Assembly: GCA_963819655.1 (NCBI GenBank)
Contig: CAWFXA010000002.1
Coordinates: 320,001-384,000 of the forward strand
DNA length: 64,000 bases
Direction: 5' to 3'
DNA from: an uncultured Chloroflexia bacterium
GTDB taxonomy: Bacteria > Chloroflexota > Limnocylindria > Limnocylindrales > CSP1-4
Shown: positions 57,313 through 64,000 of the stretch, piece by piece
How positions within the stretch are numbered: position 1 is the stretch's first letter
How the letters are laid out: every line of letters starts with the position of its first letter
Notes under the pieces: generated by a model
The model's database searches: none
Told to the model about the DNA's origin: nothing
What the model saw: only the letters and a program-made list of their open reading frames with translations
Program-made: the position numbers and the translations under genes

Positions 57313-58470
57313 TCAACCGATGACGTTGCGCTCGATCACCGGACGCCCGGCTGCGATGCGTTCGAAGCTGAAGATCGACAGGTCGAGCGTGATGTACCGG
57401 CCGTGGACGATCAGCTCGGCGAGTGCCCGGCCGACGGCCGGCGCCTGCTGGATGCCGTGCCCGCTGAAGCCGTTGGCGAAGAGCAGATTCTCGATCTCAG
57501 GGTGACGGCCGATGATCGCGTTATGGTCGAACGTGTTCACCTCGTAGTAGCCGGCCCACGCGTTCGTGAGCCGGATCGCATCGAACGCCGGGACGCGAGC
57601 CGCGAGTGCCGGCCACAACCGCGCCTCGAACTCAGCGCGGTCGACCTCGAGCGGCAGATCCGGCAGGTCCTCGTTCGGAGACGGGGCGATGCCCGCGATG
57701 AACGATCCGCCTTCGGGCCGAAACCAGGCGCCGCTGGTGTCGATGACCAGCGGGCTGGCGCCGGGCCGCGTCTCGGACCCGGCCTCGAACACGAACACCG
57801 AGCGCCGGCGGGCCTCGACCGGGAGAGCGACACCGGCCATGCCAGCCACCTCGCGCGCCCACGGCCCGGCCGCGTTCACCACGGTGCCGCAGGGGATCGT
57901 GGCGCCATCGGCGAGCGCGACCGACACGACCCTGCCGGCCGCCAGCTCCATGCCCACGACCTCCCCGGTCACGAGCTCGACGCCGAGGTCGCGAGCACGG
58001 GCCCGCAGCGCCTGGACGAGCGCGTAGCCATCGAACCAGCCTTCGCCCGAGAGACCGAGTGACGCCAGGGCGATGCCGCCGAGCGCCAGCCACGGGAAGC
58101 GTGCGTGGAGGTCCGTCGGGCTGAGGAGCACGATGTCCGCGCCCTCGCCGCGCTGGATGGCGACGTTCTCCTCGAGCGTGCGGGCTCCCGCCGCCGTGGC
58201 GAGATACAGGTACCCGGCCTCGTGCAGCGAAACGTCGACGTGGTCGCGCAGCCAGCCGAACGAGTACTGCGACATCCGGATGTTCTCGGGCGTCGAGAAC
58301 TGCTGGCGGATGGACGCGGCGGACAGGGCGGATGAGGCGCGGCGAAAGGTGGGATCGCGCTCGATCAGGGTCACCCGACCGTCGAAGGCCGGGTCCTCGA
58401 GGACCGCCGACGCGACCGCGCCCCCGATCGCGCCGCCCCCGATGACAACGAGATCGCCCGACGGCGTCAC
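57313..58470 (-). CDS. FAD-dependent oxidoreductase (DAO/FOXRED1-like)
   Basis: IGGGAIG, SAASIRQQFS, VNAAGPWA, ANGFSGHGIQQAP. Confidence 0.9.
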   Translation of the reverse strand: MTPSGDLVVIGGGAIGGAVASAVLEDPAFDGRVTLIERDPTFRRASSALSAASIRQQFSTPENIRMSQYSFGWLRDHVDVSLHEAGYLYLATAAGARTLEENVAIQRGEGADIVLLSPTDLHARFPWLALGGIALASLGLSGEGWFDGYALVQALRARARDLGVELVTGEVVGMELAAGRVVSVALADGATIPCGTVVNAAGPWAREVAGMAGVALPVEARRRSVFVFEAGSETRPGASPLVIDTSGAWFRPEGGSFIAGIAPSPNEDLPDLPLEVDRAEFEARLWPALAARVPAFDAIRLTNAWAGYYEVNTFDHNAIIGRHPEIENLLFANGFSGHGIQQAPAVGRALAELIVHGRYITLDLSIFSFERIAAGRPVIERNVIG

Positions 58471-59231
58471 CGTCGATCGGTGTCGGGCGCCTCCAGCCGG
58501 GCGCGCAGCAGGTCATTGCCGGCCGGATCGGCGAGACGGCACGACCAGATGGTCCCGTCGCGCCAGACATCGGCGACGACCGTGGCACCGCTGTCGACGG
58601 CGCGGGCGTACTCCAGCCGGATCGTCCGGGGGATCGCCCGGACGGCGTCCGTGCCACCACAGCGAATGACCTGCTCGTCGAGCCAGTCGGCGTAGACCGC
58701 GTTGTTGACATGGTCCATCGGGTCGAGCTCGTGGGGTCGGGCCTCGAAGCTGGCCCTATCTGCGGTCCGCGGCGGCTCGCCGAGGACGACGCGCCCGAGC
58801 TGGATGGTCGTCTCCGGTGCCCAGAAGATCCCGTCGAACTCCTTCGGCACGCGGGTCGGTGCTCCCCGGGCGTCGAGAAGGACCCAGTCGACGTGCAGCC
58901 ACGCGACGATGCCACCCGTACCGTCAACGATGTCGGTCCGGCGGCGTGCCCACACGCGCCGCCAGCCGACGACCTGGGTCGTGCCGACGAACTCGTCGCC
59001 GACGCGCATCGGGCCGAGCACCGTCACCTCGGCGGCCCGCGCCAGCCAGGTCAGGCCGCGCTGCGCGTACCAGGCGCGGGTGAAACCCCGCGCGGACGAG
59101 TGGTACCACGCGAGGTCCTGGGCATAGCGCAGCAGGACGGATGTCCGGACGAGCCCGTCCGGCGCGGCCTCGTCGAACCGGATTCGGTAGGGCGCCGAGC
59201 ACGTATCCGGGCGGCGCTCCGCGTCGATCAC
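58467..59231 (-). CDS. Acyl-ACP thioesterase family
   Basis: YRIRFDE, RPHELDPMDHVNNAVY. Confidence 0.85.
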   Translation of the reverse strand: MIDAERRPDTCSAPYRIRFDEAAPDGLVRTSVLLRYAQDLAWYHSSARGFTRAWYAQRGLTWLARAAEVTVLGPMRVGDEFVGTTQVVGWRRVWARRRTDIVDGTGGIVAWLHVDWVLLDARGAPTRVPKEFDGIFWAPETTIQLGRVVLGEPPRTADRASFEARPHELDPMDHVNNAVYADWLDEQVIRCGGTDAVRAIPRTIRLEYARAVDSGATVVADVWRDGTIWSCRLADPAGNDLLRARLEAPDTDRR

Positions 59232-59900
59232 AGGGCCGTCGCCAGCTCGTCGATCGTCTCGAGCGCGAGGATCGTCGTGCCGGCGCTCGGGGCGGTCGAG
59301 CGCGCGAGACGGACCGCACACGATCGCTCGGCATCGAACACGACGAGGGCGACACGGAGCGCGGTGTCCTCATCGAGGGCATGCGTCCGGGCGTCGTCGA
59401 GCTGGTGGAGGACATCCGCTCCGATGCCCCGGGCGCCCCACTTGCAGTCGTACGCCTCGGCGTCACCGTCGCGCTCGACCGTCACGTCGTACGGGTGGAT
59501 CTCCGCGCGGACCCCGTCGAACAGGATGCGCCGCTCGCGCCGGACCGCGGCCGGCCCGACCCGCCTGGCGAGGAGGCGCGCCGTCAGCTCCTCGACGATC
59601 GCGCCGCGGAACTGGCTTCGGGCGGCCTCGCCTCGGTCGGCGACCTCGAGGGACGACGGCGAGCACCGCCTCGGATCGGGCGCGCGCGGCCGCGTCGGTG
59701 GCAGGTCCGAACAGCGCGGGGAACATCGCCATCCAGTGGGTCGGATCGGTCGATCCGCCGTTCATCACGGCCCGGGCGAGGATGCGCTCGGCGTGACCGG
59801 CATCGGCGAGGGTGTCGGCGGCGCGCGCGACGAGTGGGTCGGCCTGGATGCCTGCGTACACCACCGCGCGTCCGTCGCGTGCCGCGTCCTGGAACCTCAC
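59228..59900 (-). CDS. Hypothetical protein with PD-(D/E)xK-like motif (frameshift near 59640)
   Basis: FRGAIVEEL...HPYDVTV...EAYDCKWG; coupled to both neighbours by overlapping stop/start. Confidence 0.55.
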
Positions 59901-60208
59901 GGTCGCTCGCCCAGTGCGAGCAGGGTCACCTGGGGGAACGTCGACAGCCAGTCGATCGCGCGGTGCGGATCGTCGATGCCGCCGATCTCGTCGATGGCGC
60001 GCTCGATGGCGTCGTCGATGGACGGGTCGACCGTCTCAGAGCCGCGCGCGGCGGCGACAGCATCGAGCCGTTCCCGCCACGCCTCGGACAGGTCCTGGAT
60101 GTAGGACCACTCGTCGTCGATCTCCTCGCCGAGCTCCGCCAGGGCTGCGTACGCAGCCAGTGCCCGCTCGATGACAGCCTCGACGGTGGTGTCGATCCGC
60201 TGGGTCAC
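59897..60208 (-). CDS. Hypothetical acidic protein
   Basis: GTG start; EEIDDEWSYIQDL...DPHRAIDWLSTFPQ; translationally coupled. Confidence 0.7.
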   Translation of the reverse strand: MTQRIDTTVEAVIERALAAYAALAELGEEIDDEWSYIQDLSEAWRERLDAVAAARGSETVDPSIDDAIERAIDEIGGIDDPHRAIDWLSTFPQVTLLALGERP

Positions 60209-60287
60209 GCCCGAAGCGTACGCCGCGACGGCGTCGCCGGTCAGGTTTGCCGCGGGGCAGGATGCCCGCGTTCGGCGAGAGCGGTGC

Positions 60288-60563
60288 TCAGCGCTCCGGC
60301 GCGGCGATCGCCGAGGCCGGCGCTCCGCGGCGCCCCGTCCGGGTGCGCTGCCGGTCGCCTGGAGTCTCGCGCTCAGAGCGCCGCAGCAGCGCCTCGAGCC
60401 GGCGTCGCGCCCGCTCGTCCCAGGCGCGTGAATACGCCTCGGTCGCATCGGCCCGTAGGCGGGCCGCCTGCGCTCGCTCGCCATCCGACTCCAGCGACGC
60501 GACCCGATCCAGGATCGCGCGGTACAGAGCGGGGAGATCCTCGGCGGGAGAGTTCGGCTCCAT
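60288..60563 (-). CDS. Hypothetical protein
   Basis: MEPNSPAEDLPALYRAILDRV... helical, same strand as the operon. Confidence 0.6.
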   Translation of the reverse strand: MEPNSPAEDLPALYRAILDRVASLESDGERAQAARLRADATEAYSRAWDERARRRLEALLRRSERETPGDRQRTRTGRRGAPASAIAAPER

Positions 60564-60643
60564 GGCGGATGACGATGGACTCCGATGGTCCCGGGCGGTA
60601 TAGCCCACCGGTCCCGCCCATCGCCCGCCGAACGGGTCAGCCC

Positions 60644-60940
60644 TCAGTCCCCGCGGTGACCACCACTGCGGACCTCGAAGCTCGTGAAGCTCCCGCTGGC
60701 CGGTCCCCATTGGGCGGCGACGCGGTCGACCAGCGCACCGGGCGGGCCGGTCTCGAGCGTGGCCAGCAGCGCCTCCAGCGCGGGGCGAGGCCCCTCCGCG
60801 ACACAGCGGACGGACCCGTCGGGGCCGTTGGCGACCCAGCCGGTCAGTTCAAGTCTCATGGCCCGCATCACGACGTCATAACGGAACCCGACGCCCTGCA
60901 CGCGGCCGTAGACCGTCGCGTCCAGGCGCTCCTGGTTCAT
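60644..60940 (-). CDS. acyP: Acylphosphatase
   Basis: GRVQGVGFR, GWVAN..DGSV..VAEG. Confidence 0.93.
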   Translation of the reverse strand: MNQERLDATVYGRVQGVGFRYDVVMRAMRLELTGWVANGPDGSVRCVAEGPRPALEALLATLETGPPGALVDRVAAQWGPASGSFTSFEVRSGGHRGD

Positions 60941-62160
60941 GCCGCGCGTCGAGGGCGCGGCCACGCCAGCGCGAGGTCATCGAGCACGAGCTCGGGGGAG
61001 ACGTTGCCGGCCACGAGGACCGACGCGTTCCCGAGTCGGTCGAGGAACGCGCCGAGATCGTCGGGCTGTAGCCGCGCGGCCAGGGCGCGCGTGTCGTCGA
61101 GCGCCGCCACGTCGCGGACGGACCGATCGAGGCCGCGCTGGCACAGCGCCAGATCGCGCCCGACGTCGGTCCACAGCCCGATGAGCGCCTCGGCCGCGCG
61201 GCGGCGCTCCGCCGCCGGTGTCCGGGCCGGCCCGACCTGCTCGAGTCCGTCATCACCGTCGTCCGCCGGGTCGGGTGCCGGCTCGGGCGCACGCCGACGG
61301 GGGCCACGGGTCGGCTTCGGGCCGTCGGCCGGACCGGCGACGGCGTCGCGGGTCTGCCCCGCGCCCGAACCGGTGACGGCCAGGCCGGTGACGGCGGCGA
61401 TCCCGGCCGCCTGCGCGACGAGCGCCCGGACCGTCGCGAGGCGGTCGCCCGGTCGTGCATCGGCGAGGTCCAGCAACGCTCGACCGATCGCGTCGCGGTC
61501 ACGCAATGCGTCGGGCGTGCGGACCCACGCCAGAGCGAGCCCAGGTCGACCGCCCGAGATGCGCGCCGCCCGGGCGGCGACTGGGGGCTCGGCGGCGCCC
61601 TGTCCCGCGAGGATCGCCTCGATGTCCCGGACCCCGACCGGCCCGAGCCGGATCCGGGCGCACCGTGACAGGATCGTCGGCAGCAGGGGCTCCTCGGCAT
61701 CGGCACACAGGACGATCGTCGTCGTCGCCGGCGGCTCCTCGAGCGTCTTGAGCAGCGCAGCCTGCGCGTCCTCGTTCATGCGATGTGCCGCGTCGATGAT
61801 CGCCACCCGCGCACCACCCTCGACGGGGAGCAAAGCCAGCTCCCCGATGAGGTCGCGGATGCCGCGTGCCTTGCCCGGCCCGCCGATGACGACCTGGCGG
61901 CCCGGGCCCTCGGGGCCGATGCGGTGGATATCCGGGTGATTCCCGCCGAATGCCAGCCGGCAGGCCCGGCATGCGCCGCACGGGCGGGTCGCCGGATCGG
62001 CTGCCGTGCACAGCAGGCCGGCCGCCAGGTCGAGGGCCAGCGTCGTCTTGCCGATCCCGGACGGCCCGACGAGCAGGACGGCACCCGGCGCCCCGACGCG
62101 GATCATCGCCCCGATGGCGGCGAGCGCGGCGGGATGGCCCCTGGTGCGTGCCCCGTCCAT
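60937..62160 (-). CDS. holB: DNA polymerase III subunit delta'
   Basis: GPSGIGKTT, CGACRAC, HPD, AHRMNEDAQAALLKTLEEP, PTILSRC. Confidence 0.92.
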   Translation of the reverse strand: MDGARTRGHPAALAAIGAMIRVGAPGAVLLVGPSGIGKTTLALDLAAGLLCTAADPATRPCGACRACRLAFGGNHPDIHRIGPEGPGRQVVIGGPGKARGIRDLIGELALLPVEGGARVAIIDAAHRMNEDAQAALLKTLEEPPATTTIVLCADAEEPLLPTILSRCARIRLGPVGVRDIEAILAGQGAAEPPVAARAARISGGRPGLALAWVRTPDALRDRDAIGRALLDLADARPGDRLATVRALVAQAAGIAAVTGLAVTGSGAGQTRDAVAGPADGPKPTRGPRRRAPEPAPDPADDGDDGLEQVGPARTPAAERRRAAEALIGLWTDVGRDLALCQRGLDRSVRDVAALDDTRALAARLQPDDLGAFLDRLGNASVLVAGNVSPELVLDDLALAWPRPRRAA

Positions 62161-62171
62161 CGGGGAGTGCG

Positions 62172-64000
62172 TCAGGACGCGGGCTTGGCCGTCGAGCGGC
62201 GGGTCGTTCGGCGCTTGGGCGCGCTGGCCTCCGCGGACTCCGAGCCCGCGGGAGCGTCCGCCGATGACGTGGCCGCGTCGTCGCCGGCCGCGGCGGTCTT
62301 CCGCGTCGTCCGGCGCTTGGGCGCCGCCGTCGCTCCGGTCTCGTCGGCCGTGGCCGCCGTCTTGCGGGTCGTTCGGCGCTTGGGCGCCGCATCCGCGTCC
62401 GCGTCACCGGCACTCGACGTCGCCGGCCCCGCCTTCGCAGTCGCCGTGCGCGTGGTCCGACGCTTCGGCGCCGGCTTCGCGGGCGCGTCGCCCGTCACAG
62501 CCACGTCGGCCTCGGCGATCGGGTTGACCTCTGGTGCCGGCCTGCCGGACGCCGTATCCGCCGGCGGAGCCGACGGTCGCTGACCGACCTGGGCCCGAAG
62601 CATCGCCTCGAGCTCGGGCGGGACCTCGCTCCACGGCTCGGCCGAGCCGGATGGTCGAGACGCGTCGCGCGGACGCTGATCCCGGTTGTCGAAGCCGCGA
62701 CCGCCGCGCTGACCTTGGCCGCTGCCGCGCCCGGTGTCGGTGCCTCGGCCGCTGACATCGGGATAGCGGTTGATGCCGCCGCTGCGACCCCCACCGTAGC
62801 GCTCCCGCTCGACCGCGGACTGGTAGGCGGCACGGCCGCCACGCGGACCGCCGCGCCCGCCACCCTGCCCACGGGCTGCACCGCCGCGCGCACCGCGACG
62901 CTGTTCCGCGATCAGGTACTCCGGGATCTCCGGCTCGTCGAAGTCCTCGTCATCGGCGATCGGGGACAGGTTCGCGGCCGGCGGTACCGACGTCCCGAGC
63001 TGCGAATCCCAGACCGACCCGAACGGGGTCGAACGTGGCCGCCGCGGAGCGTCGACCGGCTCGTCGTCCTCCTCGACGGGGGGTTCGAACCGGCTGGCAG
63101 CCGGCGCGGGCTCCGGCGCTGCCGGGGTCGCTGCACCGGCGTCGTCTCGTCCGCGACCACGGCCGCGTCCGCGACCGCCGCGGCGCCGACGGCGGCGCCC
63201 GCCATCGTCATACGTCTCGGCGTCGCTTTCGGGAGGCTCGCCACCTTCGGCGCCTGGGGAGCCCAGGTCGTCGAGCGTGAACACCTCGGCCGTCGCGAGC
63301 TCGGATTCGGACAGGCCGCCGGCCTTCGACAGGCGCTCACCAGGGAGTGCCGTGAGACCGTCGCCCCCGGAGCCGTTCGTCGATGCTGCGGCTGCCGGAC
63401 GCCGGCCGCGACCACGCCCGCCCGATGCGGAAACGGCCGTCTCGGCTTCGCCGGCCCGACCGCGACCCCGGCCGCGCGTCGTGCGGCCACCGCGGCCGAC
63501 GCCCGTCCCCTCGGTCTGCTTGTCGGGGACCTCGGTCATCGACAGGTCGGCGTCGTCGCCGGCCACGCGGCGGCCCGAGCGCGAGCCCTTCTCGACACGC
63601 GCGAGCTGGGTGATGTCGGTGAACTGGTCGGCGACCTCGATCAGGTCGGACGAGGTGTTGCCGCGGAAGCTGATGACCTCACAGCGGACGCCCATCTCCT
63701 GGACGGCCCGGATGGCGGGGGCGAAGTCACCGTCGCCCGACACGACGATGGCGATGTCCAGGTTCCGCGCAGTCTTCATCATGTCGACGACGAGCTCGAT
63801 GTCGAGGTTGGCCTTGACCTTGCCGTCGCCGTACTTGCGGATGTCCTTGCTGACGACCTTATAGCCGTGCCGGCGCAGGAAGTCATGGAAGTTCCGCTGG
63901 TTCTCGTTGTCCGGGTCGAGGCCCGTGTATGCATAGGCGCGCACGAGGTCGCGTCCGGCCGAGGCCGACTTGAGGAGCGTGACGTAATCGATGTCCACGC
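62172..64000 (-). CDS. NYN/LabA (PIN-like) domain protein with long disordered RG-rich and PKRRTTR-repeat tail; 5'-truncated by the window edge
   Basis: KANLDIELVVDM, VSGDGDFAP, SSDLIEVADQF, followed by a ~470-aa low-complexity tail. Confidence 0.88.
   Translation of the reverse strand, partial: VDIDYVTLLKSASAGRDLVRAYAYTGLDPDNENQRNFHDFLRRHGYKVVSKDIRKYGDGKVKANLDIELVVDMMKTARNLDIAIVVSGDGDFAPAIRAVQEMGVRCEVISFRGNTSSDLIEVADQFTDITQLARVEKGSRSGRRVAGDDADLSMTEVPDKQTEGTGVGRGGRTTRGRGRGRAGEAETAVSASGGRGRGRRPAAAASTNGSGGDGLTALPGERLSKAGGLSESELATAEVFTLDDLGSPGAEGGEPPESDAETYDDGGRRRRRRGGRGRGRGRGRDDAGAATPAAPEPAPAASRFEPPVEEDDEPVDAPRRPRSTPFGSVWDSQLGTSVPPAANLSPIADDEDFDEPEIPEYLIAEQRRGARGGAARGQGGGRGGPRGGRAAYQSAVERERYGGGRSGGINRYPDVSGRGTDTGRGSGQGQRGGRGFDNRDQRPRDASRPSGSAEPWSEVPPELEAMLRAQVGQRPSAPPADTASGRPAPEVNPIAEADVAVTGDAPAKPAPKRRTTRTATAKAGPATSSAGDADADAAPKRRTTRKTAATADETGATAAPKRRTTRKTAAAGDDAATSSADAPAGSESAEASAPKRRTTRRSTAKPAS

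Overview
High-GC (roughly 70% by eye) bacterial chromosomal window. Gene content and style suggest Chloroflexota (Limnocylindria/Ellin6529-like) or a similar soil lineage; this is inference only. Many genes carry single-base frameshifts, which is typical of an unpolished long-read assembly. The ends look like core genome: tRNA-Asp, ltaE, DUF885, a HisA-like gene and two cyclophilins on the left; FAD oxidoreductase, thioesterase, acyP, holB and a NYN protein on the right. The middle (~8-57 kb) is accessory cargo: TetR/MarR/ArsR/XRE regulator-enzyme pairs, ECF sigma/anti-sigma pairs, a beta-glucan ABC/GH1/GH16 cluster and a two-component system with a TRAP-type binding protein. The most striking signal lies outside the ORFs, around tRNA-Arg(CCG) at 31410-31485. 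Upstream of it is a tandem series of integrase-free cargo modules. Each begins with an identical 49-bp left end (21824, 27222). Each ends with a conserved ~29-bp palindromic site (GAGTTTTACGCTC-TAN-GAGCGWTGTGGC), a ~90-bp spacer with a -10 box and the 5' half of the tRNA (27064-27220, 31291-31450). A decayed third right end sits at 17132. A separate 1.9-kb islet is bounded by a duplicated tRNA 3' end. Other notable items: a promoter-and-terminator-bounded structured ncRNA candidate (7151-7324), a probable MFS transporter-sigma region 4 fusion next to a zinc-finger anti-sigma gene, and a degenerate GGDEF protein. No CRISPR array, rRNA, transposase or integrase was recognised.
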